The notes under the pieces are model-generated. The model had not been told where the DNA came from. It saw nothing but the letters and a program-made list of their open reading frames with translations, and searched no databases. A stretch of DNA of 62,874 nucleotides, the filler included. It is 12 parts of 12 records of this genome, joined end to end, with 100 filler letters (N's around TTAATTAATTAA, not from the genome) between each part and the next. Parts side by side here need not be neighbours in the genome. Positions count along the whole stretch, not along the records: positions 16,985 to 25,294 come from SRR15195285_1515; positions 25,395 to 30,765 come from SRR15195285_1517; positions 30,866 to 34,678 come from SRR15195285_1518; 9 more parts are not named here. The stretch is one strand, 5' to 3'. This document shows, piece by piece, positions 22,031-31,177 of this stretch. Position 1 is the stretch's first letter. Every line of letters begins with the position of its first letter. The position numbers and the translations under genes are program-made.

Positions 22031-25024
22031 TCACCCAAACCTTGCTAGCCTAGCAGCACGGAGTTCCTCAGGCGAGAGGGCCGTCCAGTCCTGATCGGCT
22101 GCGGTAGTGCCAGTTGCAGCTCCGGTTGTCGCAGGAGTAAAGTCCTCTGCGGACGTTGCCGACACTGGATGATTGGCGGACATGTCTGGTGTGGTGGCGG
22201 GAGCACCTGCTGCTGACTCGTTGGCGGTGTCAGCAAGCGACATCGCAATCGCCTGCTGAATCTCATCCTCCTCCTCTAGCTGTGGCCCAACGGTTGTCGG
22301 TTCTACCAGCCCAGTGGAGGCAGGTGTTGCAGCTTGCCTGGCAAGGTCAGCAGCAACGGCAGCCTCATATCTGAACACCAACGCCCACGTCCACACAGGC
22401 GTTAATTTCGCAGAGATCAACTTGGAGCATGCGTTTCGTAGGAATGCATACTCTGCGTTTTGACGTGCTGTCTCTGCTCGGGCGGCCTGAAGCTCCTGTG
22501 CTCGGGATTGCTCATTCGGCACAGTATTTGCCTGGGCGGCACTAGCACTGTCGTTCGAATCGTTGTCTTCGTCCTCTTCGTCTAGGATCGGCACACCTTC
22601 CAGGGGCAGCACATCTACGACAACGATCCAACACAAGCATGAAAACAACTGTCACAGCGGCGACGACCGCTCACACCCAACAAACTGAGACAGCAGGCAA
22701 CAACAGAAGCAAACGAGCTTCGTCGCATTTTCGGTCCATACGTGAACTGAATGAACTGCACGCACCGTTTAGACAGAAGTAATTTCGACATGTTGGGCAG
22801 CGCGCTTGCCAGACTGGGTTGAAATCGCCCTCCACCTCCAATTTGGTCTCGTTCGCTGTCAACCACCATTTGAGCACGCAGTGGTGGCACCAGCTCGGCG
22901 CACAGAAACACTGATGAACAGCGGCAATCGTCCCGGTGCAAACATACCATCGTCATTGCAGCAGTCAGCCAGCAGAACCACAGATGTGCACCATCAGAGC
23001 GCAGAGCACACAATATCGAGGTACTAAGCAATACAGCCGCAACGGGTAAGAGCATACGTACCTCAGCGCGCTCAGGGCAGGTCTCGCAGATCTTTGCAAT
23101 CTTTACAGTTGATGGCCGACTGCAGCCCATGCATGCGTCTGGTGTCTGCTGTCCAGCAGCCGCACCATTATCCTGCTGCTGAGGCAATGGCCAAAACCTT
23201 CCTTCCTGCCCCTGCCGTTCGCGGAGCTCCCTGACAAACTCTTTGCCAAACTGTTGAGAGCGCTGCGTGCCGATGGCCGCCCTCATCTCCTGTAGACGAT
23301 TGAGGGTCGATGCCTCAAGCCGCCTGTACTCCTCAGTTGTTAGCTGAACGTCGAACGAAGACTGGCCCGCAGCTCTGCCCGTGTTTTCAACTCGCACTGT
23401 GACCACCTCCACGCGCTCTTGGCCGATGTACTGTCGCGACAGTCTAGTCGGACGTGATATCGACGGGCAGTCGGCCACCGCTGCTGCATTGAAACCGAGT
23501 CGAGACGCCTTCAAGATCCATGTCTGTGTCACAGCGACTTGCGTTGTACCCCACTCAAACACGTGAGGCACACCGTGCTCGTTTGGCTCCTCGGAGACCT
23601 CCTCGTCTATAGATCTGATAAGCGCATCTATCGATTGGCGGCGTTGATCAGCAGCAGTTGCCTCTGCATTCGTATAAGGTAGGAGTGCGCGTGCGACTAT
23701 GTCGTGGCTGCTTAAGCGCAGCGAAAGCAGCATGCGCGCCCCGTAGGCGCCAATCGCCAGTGCCACGGCTGCAGCGAGCCAGATAACACTCGGCGACAGG
23801 CATGTGTCGAGATAATACCGAGGCAGCCCGGAGTCTCCACGGACAACAGGTGCAGTCAAAGCCCGACCAGGTTGCTGCACATCGGGCTCAAGTGCCGACA
23901 GAATGCCTACCCAGCTCAAATGATCTCCAGTGTCCTGCGCAATGCTAGTCTTCACCAGGAGCCGTTCATCGTCGTCCAGTAGACGCGGAACGAGTGTGGG
24001 CAACTCTAGTTCTTTCGGGATCTTCAGTGCCGCCCAGCGGTGCTCGAACCATCGTTCACGCAGCCAGCGTCCCTGAAAGCTGTGTGCCTCTGACCAGGTC
24101 TGGGTCCCCCAGTGTTCAGTCCCTCGCAGGCGTGTCTCCTCCAGCGTCACATAACGGCGCGCGAGGCTTGCGGGCTCTGCCCCTCGCCCCCCGATGACAG
24201 CCTGGTCGATGGCTACTGGGCCTCGCGCCAGCTCCAGGAGCAGTGGCGACATGACCATCAAGATCAGCACTGCGTATGCTGTGAGGAGACCGCCTACCCA
24301 CAGTGTGGTGGTACGCAGACGCGCGCGGTGGTGCGTCACGAAGCCCGGCGCACCGAGCGCGGCTGCCTGTACCGCGTCGGCTTCTGCCGCTGCGGTCGCC
24401 ACGTCTTTGACGCCGTGGAGCTGACGGATCCATCCCCGCACTGACTGTGTAATCATCAGCCCCCCGATGGAACGACTGTCCGGCAGCTCCAAACGAAACG
24501 GCACGCCGCCCTCCCCGCCGAACGGAGGGCTCTGGCGCCCGCTAGAAGTGACGAACTGGATGCGGTCCAGCGCATCGCCTCCGGCACCCTCGACCGCGAC
24601 GATGGTTTCGTCATCACGGAGGACAAAAGGTGGGCGGAGGGTCCCGCCGCTGCCACCGAACCCACAGATCGTGCCATCGCTCATCACAAACGCGACGTGG
24701 TCAACGAGCGCCCCGCCTGCCAGCACAGCCACGCACGTGCGCCTCAGCGGCACATTCTCACACGGAGCGTCGGCGTGCAGCAATGGCTGCGCCGACTGGG
24801 CAGCGCGCCACCTCTCTGCCCCTCTGCGAGACGGAGGGAGCGTCTGTACTGTATGGGAGCGCACATCGAACTCTGACCTCCACGACACGTGGCAACTCGC
24901 CCTGCCGCGCTGCCGGCGGCTCCGGCGCTGGGCCACGTGGCATCTGCGCAAACTTGTACACGCCCGCCGCCCCCAGCCAGAACGTCCCGCTCGCGGTGAT
25001 CATCGACGAGACGAGCTCCTCCAT
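22031..25024 (-). CDS. TMEM129: TMEM129-family RING E3 ubiquitin ligase fused to an N-terminal jacalin-like lectin and a C-terminal UIM plus VBM-like motif; exons 25024-24865, 24716-23062, 22910-22766, 22614-22452, 22370-22031
   Basis: VAVTQTWILK, FDVQLTTEEY, ACMGC..VKIAKIC, CFCAPSWCHHCVLKWW and CPTCRNYFCLNDV follow TMEM129 order. Jacalin-like VRCGALVD..FGGSGG..IQFVTSSGRQSPPFGG. EEDEIQQAIAMSL; PEELRAARLARF. All introns are GT-AG and preserve frame. Confidence 0.8.
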
Positions 25025-25118
25025 GCTTGAATGTCCACCCTCAACTAGAAGAGCGTGTCCATCAAAACGAGCTCCGCCATGGCCATGCCCGCCCTCAGCT
25101 AGAAGAGCGTGTCCATCA
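25011..25118. repeat. Imperfect tandem duplication (about 54 bp x2) spanning the start codon of the TMEM129-like gene
   Basis: ACGAGCTCC..CCCTCA(A/G)CTAGAAGAGCGTGTCCATCA at 25011-25064 and 25067-25118. Confidence 0.85.
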
Positions 25119-25138
25119 GAAGTCTATCCTCAGCAGAG

Positions 25139-25257
25139 TCAAAATAACGCGAATTTACGTAGGAATCTAAGGGGAAAAGCGGCGATTCCGAGGTGATCAG
25201 AGGGTGCACGTTATTGATCAGTGAGTTTTACATGCTCACGAACACGATTCCAACCCA
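25139..25257 (-). repeat. Diverged non-coding upstream element, homologous to 30969-31093
   Basis: Reverse complement shares collinear blocks TGGGTTG.AATCGTGT, GAGCATGTA.AA.TCAC.GAT.AAT, ATCACCTC and GATT.CTA.GTAAATT.GCGTT.TTTTGA. Confidence 0.75.
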
Positions 25258-25294
25258 CGAACCCCAGGATTGCGTCCTTTTGCCTGCCGGTAGA

Positions 25295-25394
25295 NNNNNN
25301 NNNNNNNNNNNNNNNNNNNNNNNNNNNNNNNNNNNNNNTTAATTAATTAANNNNNNNNNNNNNNNNNNNNNNNNNNNNNNNNNNNNNNNNNNNN
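25295..25394. other. Artificial contig spacer
   Basis: N44-TTAATTAATTAA-N44. Confidence 0.99.
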
Positions 25395-25406
25395 AAATCA
25401 TCGAGA

Positions 25407-25503
25407 ATTCATACTGTCCTGCATAGGAAGTCAGCTACCTGATGCAGTCAGCTACCTGACGCATCAGGTAGCTGACATTCATACTGTCCTGCTACCTGAC
25501 GCA
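25407..25503. repeat. Nested direct/inverted repeat cluster
   Basis: Direct ATTCATACTGTCCTGC (25407-25422, 25477-25492) flanks perfect inverted GTCAGCTACCTGATGC/GCATCAGGTAGCTGAC (25430-25445, 25461-25476). Confidence 0.85.
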
Positions 25504-25736
25504 CCGGGTGCGCGCCAACCATAAATCCGCAATAATGTATGCAATTTCATATACAAAATCACTGCCACGCCACCAAAATAACTACGAGAATTGAAGTGAG
25601 CCGGTCGTCGGGGGCTGATCCGTACGATGGCGGCACGTTGAGATGGCGATGGCGGCCCACCAAGGGGGCGTGGCGAGCTAGGGCTCGGCTTTCCTTGCGC
25701 CGGTGCGTGGAGGGTTGAGCGGCGCGGGTGGCCGGG

Positions 25737-26651
25737 ATGGACGGGGGGCACCAGGGGCGGGTGGGTGGAAGGGGAGGGACGACATCGGGACGATTGGGTT
25801 CTCGACGTGGGCACCCGACGCACACTCGGCGAGGTCGAGGCCAGGGAGGCTTTTTCGGAGGCGGCGCGGAGAGTTCGCGCAAGGATGTTGAGGACACGGC
25901 ATCGATGCGCGCGATCTCGGATGCGGCGTCCGAGCTGAGCAGCCCTGGGATCTCGCCGCGGGATGCGACGACTGCCGAAGTGCACACGGTGCCCGAGAGT
26001 CGAGTACACCAAGCCTCACGTTCCTATGTTGGGCGTCCGCGCCAACGATCTGACCCCACCCGTCAGCGGTCGCGCCAGAGCCCAATGGTGCCAATGCCGC
26101 CGCGTGGACATGCCACCCCGGACGACGACCTGCCGCAACTCGATGGAGGGGGTGTCTTGCCTCCGCCACCGCCACCCGCCGCATGCCACCCCGAGGGCCT
26201 GAGCATCCAAGCCATGTACCAAAGAATTCGTGAACTTGAGGAGCAGTTCGTGTGCGAGGGTGGCACTCACGAAGTGCGACACTGGACCGTCGATCAAATT
26301 CAAGCCGCGACGGACCGGATCGAGCGCGAGCGCCCCCCGGCGCCCGATGCAGAACGTATGAGGAAGAGTTCTCTAGGCTCCCCACCTGGTGTCGCCAAAT
26401 CGCCGCCACGAGAATTCCTTGAAGGTGGGAGAGCCGTCCACGGCTTCCCGATCACGATTGACAAGCTTCCGTCCGAACATGGCTCCGAGTACTGCTCCGA
26501 CGATTCTGGCTCCATGCCGTCTTCACCACGTTCCGCTAGGTCCGTAGGCTCAGGTAGTGGTTCAGCATTCGGCTCGGTGGCACGAAAGCGCATTGGACGT
26601 TCGCGTTCCAAGAGGGGCGGCGGGGGTGGAGGGAGTGGAAAGGGAAACTGA
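25737..26651 (+). CDS. Hypothetical low-complexity (Ser/Gly/Arg/Pro) protein
   Basis: About 300-aa ORF after an AT-rich upstream region; one helical-looking block, IQAMYQRIRELEEQF..WTVDQIQAA. Confidence 0.45.
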   Translation: MDGGHQGRVGGRGGTTSGRLGSRRGHPTHTRRGRGQGGFFGGGAESSRKDVEDTASMRAISDAASELSSPGISPRDATTAEVHTVPESRVHQASRSYVGRPRQRSDPTRQRSRQSPMVPMPPRGHATPDDDLPQLDGGGVLPPPPPPAACHPEGLSIQAMYQRIRELEEQFVCEGGTHEVRHWTVDQIQAATDRIERERPPAPDAERMRKSSLGSPPGVAKSPPREFLEGGRAVHGFPITIDKLPSEHGSEYCSDDSGSMPSSPRSARSVGSGSGSAFGSVARKRIGRSRSKRGGGGGGSGKGN

Positions 26652-26846
26652 AGAAGTTATACTGTTGTTGACCTTTCCTGTACTTCATCTGAGCCACCCG
26701 TATGCAAGCCCGCAACACGTACTTCGGGTATGGCCGTTCACGAGTACTTGCATACCAGGGAGTCTCGGTCCCTTGCCTCACCCATCGCTACTAGATCTAG
26801 TAGTGATTACCTGAGGCCCTGACGAAGCAGGCCACCCTCGGTCCAA

Positions 26847-29800
26847 TCATCGTGACATCAAACCACAAAATTCGGCTACCCTAGCGGCAGTTGCTTCCGC
26901 AACTACTGCATCCACCTCGGCTGGAAGCCCGCATTTCACGCGTAGATACGCATCGATGACAACGACAAAACAAGCTAAGCTTGAGACAACTCGCTCGCTG
27001 ATGGTTGCCTTGCGTAGTTCGCTCGGGCGTTCCAGCTCGCCAAGTAGAATTGCCGTGTAGGGTAGTAGTCGCCGGATGGCCTCGCGCATCGTATCCGTGG
27101 GCGCAATCAACACGCTTCGAAATGTCGGCCCGCCACCCGGATCGTCCAGTTCCAGAATACCAGTGCTAATCACCGCGCGGAGAGCCTTGCGCCCAAGATC
27201 CCATCGCGAGCCAACAGCATGCTGCATGGGTTGAGCGACGGTAGTATTGCTGCTCGATCTCCCTGCCTGTCGCGTCGCTAGGAATGCCGACGAAGGAGCA
27301 TTTGTAGGTCCCTGGCCGCCACGGGTTGAAAATGAGCTGCCGGCACACAGGGAGCCGTCGCCGTTGCCTGGCCATGTGCCAACGCTGTTGCTAGACCTGG
27401 AGAAGGGCCTCATACTCCCATTGCCAGCAAACCAACTGCTTGCAGTAGTTTCAATGATGCTGGTGTTGCGGATGCTACCAATACTGGTGCTGCTAACTCC
27501 AGCCTTGCACGCCAGAAACGTACCTTCTGCAGCAGAGAGGTGAACGTGATCACTTTGCACATTCATGGGAGCGCTTCCGTCGTCTCCCATGAAAGTGGAA
27601 GTGATTTGCCAGAGGGCTTCGCATACAAATTCAAGTAGTGCGCCGGGTCGTTGATTTAGCGACGCAGAAAACAGATCCATAGCATCCAGTCCAACGAACA
27701 AATTTTTTGACTGTGCCATCAACGAACGCATACGCATCCTGCTCGCTGACGCAAAACCAGAGCGTCGATTCATCGATGCCATCACTTTTCTCAGCTCTGC
27801 GACTGCTACCGCGGTGTGGGCGTCTTCCATTGAAGCCCACGCCACGGGAGCCCACACCTTGTCCAGAACGGATGCACGGAGATGCCGACAACTTCCAGCA
27901 GCTGCCACTAACCCAGGTGGCTCGCAAAATTTCAGCACGTGCTGCACCAGCTGCCGAGACAGGCCACCCCAGCAGCTGCTTACAGGCATCCGAGATTTAC
28001 AGGTAGAGATGCCAAGATCGGTCAACGCGAGGTGCCTCTCCAAGTCTGCTAGCACGGCTGGCTGATCCGATGACTCATTAGATCCTGCTTCTGCTTCTGC
28101 TTCTGGTGGTGGTGGTGTGTGCGTGCAAGCCGTTTCAAACCCACTGCATATTGCCATCAGCGAGGAGTCGACTCTGCTGCAAACCCGTTGAACCATGTCC
28201 GCATCCAGCGCTCCGTTCAGCTGCGCATTATGCAACGGATTGTTGTCCTGGATTCCTCGCGCAAAAACAGCTATCGAAGCAAACAAAGCATTCCGCCCTA
28301 AACTTTCCGTCCTGTTGGCATCGGCGGTGACATCTCCACCGTCGAGCTTGCGTGCGTTACGGGTAAGGTTTCCTAGCACTACTTTCCAAAACAAAGGGCC
28401 CATCGCAACGGTGTTTTCCTTGCTCGCTTCACTGCCCGCACTGTCATCCATGGCAGCCAGTTGCACAGCTTCTTTGTGGATGTGCTGCAGGGCTCGCTTT
28501 GCATTCTGCTCTCTGACGGCATACGCTTCAGCACGCGCTATCACATTGCGTCTGACAGATGCGAGAGTCTTTTGGACGCCTTGCCCGTGCATCTGAACCA
28601 GACGACCCTGCAGAGCGTGAGCCTTTGCCTCATACTCCAAAGATGAGGCAATGTTTTTCTCTTGCATCAGCGCCTTGTGACCTGTCAAGTCTGGCTCTGC
28701 ACCTTTGCCGGATTGCCAAGCGGCTTTCTGCCGTAGTAGGCCCTCACATCCTCTCATTGCGTCTGCTGCTGCCGTGGCCAGTTGCAAGTGGCGGTTTTGG
28801 TCGCTTGCAACTGCCGCAACTGGCAGCTCGTACACGAAATCAAGATTTGCTGGGGAACGACTCTCATACTTGCGCTCAGTGAATATCTCACGGACCCTTC
28901 TCAAGACCATCTTAACTTGCTCGCGGAATATACTGCGTCCAGATGCCCAACTCTGCCATGCCAGCAAAATCATCAAGGTCTTCCTGCCCATCCATTTAGC
29001 GGTCAGCGCGTCGCCTCCAGACCGTTCAGAGCGCAATATCGGACTGGATGGCCGCAACTCGGCAGTGCGATGAAGTGCCGGTAAGCCAGCACCGAAAAAC
29101 TTAAGCACTATCTCACTACGCTCTGCATCTAGCAGATTCGACACCGACAACCTGCTCATTGCCACATCGCCGTCTTGCTCAGGTGTTTGGGCTGAGCGCT
29201 GGCCGGACGCCAATTTGTCGTGCTTCGCCATGGCAGCCGCAGCTTCAGTGGCCCTGCCTAACTGTTCTAGTGCTTGAGCCTTGCCCCACAGCGCTTCTAA
29301 CGATGTTGGGACTGCCACAAGTGAGTCTTCGAAGTCACGCAAGGCCCCAGCCACGTCGACCAGCAGCAGCTTACAGCGGCCTCGACCAGCGAGACAGCGG
29401 CTACGATGAGCCACCTGGTGGCTCGCGCTGGTTTTGGCAGGCACGCCATCACCGCACGATTCCAAACCTTCCCCCTTCAGTGTTTCCGTCCATACTTCTG
29501 CTTCAAGCGCTGCGTGTGCTCGCTCAATTTCCAACTCAATCGACTCCATCGCTTCGATTTCTCGGTGCAGTGACTCAAGTTCTGCCGCTGCCTCAAGTGC
29601 GTTCGCTGACCACTGAGAGTCCTCCCCCTGCAAAACAGCCAGCCGCGCCTTGCGTTCCGCTACCATCTCCGCATGCGTCAACCGTGGCATAGTTGAGCGA
29701 CGTGCTTTCATGAGTATTCCGTTTGGTAGCAGCTGCTTCGCAAATGCGAGCCGTCTGCGTGCGAGCGCAAGCTTCATTACGGTGCCAGATCCCACTTTTG

Positions 29801-30698
29801 CTAGCCATGATCTCTGCGCCTCTGTGCGGCGGGCCTCGGTGATGCCAGAAGCCAGGGCGTACGTTGCAAGTGCGGCGTTTCGGGTGCAGACTCTGAAGCC
29901 TGGATCGCAGAGCGAATGCCACAACCTCGCGACATTTGGGAGCTCCGTTGCCACCTGCCTATGTTCCCTTGCTTTCAGCAAGCCCTGCACACGCCAAGGA
30001 TTCACATCCACACTCGCCGATGTTTCCCCTAGATTTGAGCCAGATCCTACGCGGGAAACATGGCTCGGTGCCACTGTGGTTGAAGCCGCAGCGGACGAGC
30101 GAGGAGCGGCAGATCGTGGTCTTCGACGGGTACGTCGATTGGTAAGCGGACCTGGTGCGGGTGCTGGCGTAACACTCGACCGTGCTGCCGTATCGCCACT
30201 GCTGCAGTGCGACCATTGGTGCTGATCTTCACTTGGCTCGCCTCCACGACCTGGAACACTGTGGTTCCAGTTGGGGTTCATGCGCAGCGGGACGGGCCCA
30301 GCAGTCTCACGATGACTAGTCCGTCGCTGACCAGCACTTTCTGGCGCGATAGCTGGCGCGGAAGACCTCGCGCTGACCGAGCGCACAGGAGCAGAAGCTG
30401 GGCGCTGGATCTTTCGATTCGCCAGCCGCGCACGCTGCGTCGTCATCTCGAACTGCGGCGATGGCCGGTGGCACGGCCACGCGGACGCTGGACCCACACT
30501 GCGGTCGGCGGTGCGTCCGATCTGGTGATGCGGCCGTCGTTGCTCAGCCGCACCAGCGACAGACCCAGCTGCTGCTGCCGTCGTTGGACCGGCGTAAGCG
30601 ACCGCCTGCCGCCGAGAGCTGCGGCCGCGGCGCCACGTGCTGGTGCCGACCACGCCCAGCCGCTTGGGCGCATTGGGCGGGCCATCGGCGCCGCCCAT
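26847..30698 (-). CDS. Large protein with TPR repeats and an internal F-box-like motif
   Basis: 3.9-kb open frame. TPR-like LAGRGRCKLLL..ALRDFEDSL and EALWGKAQALEQLGRATEA; F-box-like LSRQLVQHVLKFCEPPGLVAAAGSCRHLR. Start at 30698 or 30446. Confidence 0.65.
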   Translation of the reverse strand: MGGADGPPNAPKRLGVVGTSTWRRGRSSRRQAVAYAGPTTAAAAGSVAGAAEQRRPHHQIGRTADRSVGPASAWPCHRPSPQFEMTTQRARLANRKIQRPASAPVRSVSARSSAPAIAPESAGQRRTSHRETAGPVPLRMNPNWNHSVPGRGGEPSEDQHQWSHCSSGDTAARSSVTPAPAPGPLTNRRTRRRPRSAAPRSSAAASTTVAPSHVSRVGSGSNLGETSASVDVNPWRVQGLLKAREHRQVATELPNVARLWHSLCDPGFRVCTRNAALATYALASGITEARRTEAQRSWLAKVGSGTVMKLALARRRLAFAKQLLPNGILMKARRSTMPRLTHAEMVAERKARLAVLQGEDSQWSANALEAAAELESLHREIEAMESIELEIERAHAALEAEVWTETLKGEGLESCGDGVPAKTSASHQVAHRSRCLAGRGRCKLLLVDVAGALRDFEDSLVAVPTSLEALWGKAQALEQLGRATEAAAAMAKHDKLASGQRSAQTPEQDGDVAMSRLSVSNLLDAERSEIVLKFFGAGLPALHRTAELRPSSPILRSERSGGDALTAKWMGRKTLMILLAWQSWASGRSIFREQVKMVLRRVREIFTERKYESRSPANLDFVYELPVAAVASDQNRHLQLATAAADAMRGCEGLLRQKAAWQSGKGAEPDLTGHKALMQEKNIASSLEYEAKAHALQGRLVQMHGQGVQKTLASVRRNVIARAEAYAVREQNAKRALQHIHKEAVQLAAMDDSAGSEASKENTVAMGPLFWKVVLGNLTRNARKLDGGDVTADANRTESLGRNALFASIAVFARGIQDNNPLHNAQLNGALDADMVQRVCSRVDSSLMAICSGFETACTHTPPPPEAEAEAGSNESSDQPAVLADLERHLALTDLGISTCKSRMPVSSCWGGLSRQLVQHVLKFCEPPGLVAAAGSCRHLRASVLDKVWAPVAWASMEDAHTAVAVAELRKVMASMNRRSGFASASRMRMRSLMAQSKNLFVGLDAMDLFSASLNQRPGALLEFVCEALWQITSTFMGDDGSAPMNVQSDHVHLSAAEGTFLACKAGVSSTSIGSIRNTSIIETTASSWFAGNGSMRPFSRSSNSVGTWPGNGDGSLCAGSSFSTRGGQGPTNAPSSAFLATRQAGRSSSNTTVAQPMQHAVGSRWDLGRKALRAVISTGILELDDPGGGPTFRSVLIAPTDTMREAIRRLLPYTAILLGELERPSELRKATISERVVSSLACFVVVIDAYLRVKCGLPAEVDAVVAEATAARVAEFCGLMSR

Positions 30699-30745
30699 CG
30701 CTTCGCGAACTTCACGTGAAGTTGCAACGTCCGTCCATCCATGCA

Positions 30746-30763
30746 AAATCAAGCGCCGGGGTA
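30746..30763 (-). promoter_or_regulatory. Recurrent upstream motif (TACCCCGGCGCTTGATTT on the gene strand)
   Basis: 18/18 identical to 62689-62706; the contig ends 2 nt beyond it. Confidence 0.55.
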
Positions 30764-30765
30764 TT

Positions 30766-30865
30766 NNNNNNNNNNNNNNNNNNNNNNNNNNNNNNNNNNN
30801 NNNNNNNNNTTAATTAATTAANNNNNNNNNNNNNNNNNNNNNNNNNNNNNNNNNNNNNNNNNNNN
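30766..30865. other. Artificial contig spacer
   Basis: N44-TTAATTAATTAA-N44. Confidence 0.99.
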
Positions 30866-30869
30866 CGGC

Positions 30870-31093
30870 TCAAGCGCCGGAGGACTCCGTGATACTCAAG
30901 TATCCAAGATCACTCCCGAAATTCCGATGGTTCTTCGATGAGCTTCTGACTCCGTCTCATGAACAGGCTGGGTTGCAATCGTGTGGAGCATGTAGAAGTC
31001 ACAGATAAATGCCGGGCACCCCTTCAATCACCTCCAATGATTCAAATCGCTGAGTTTTCTCGTGGATTACTATGTAAATTAGCGTTGTTTTGA
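30870..31093 (+). repeat. Composite non-coding element upstream of pyruvate kinase
   Basis: Starts with TCAAGCGCCGG. TGGTTCTTCGATGA (30928-30941) is shared with 39355-39368. 30969-31093 is homologous to 25139-25257. Confidence 0.7.
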
Positions 31094-31177
31094 GATTTGA
31101 CTCCGTCGTGGTATACGGAGCCGTCTGGGCAAACACACGGTGAGTGGCGGTGACTGGGGGATCGACACCGTGTTGCG

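Noticed and set aside
25407-25503. Mini CRISPR array
   Set aside because: No regular repeat-spacer period, mixed orientations, no cas genes, and a eukaryotic context.
30866-30874. GGCTCAAG as a dinoflagellate spliced-leader relic
   Set aside because: Only 8 nt match, the rest is absent, and it is explained by the local motif family.
30746-30880. Contigs 5 and 6 overlapping through the shared TCAAGCGCCGG
   Set aside because: Flanks differ on both sides (AAAA..GGTATT versus GGC..AGGACT), so these are separate copies.
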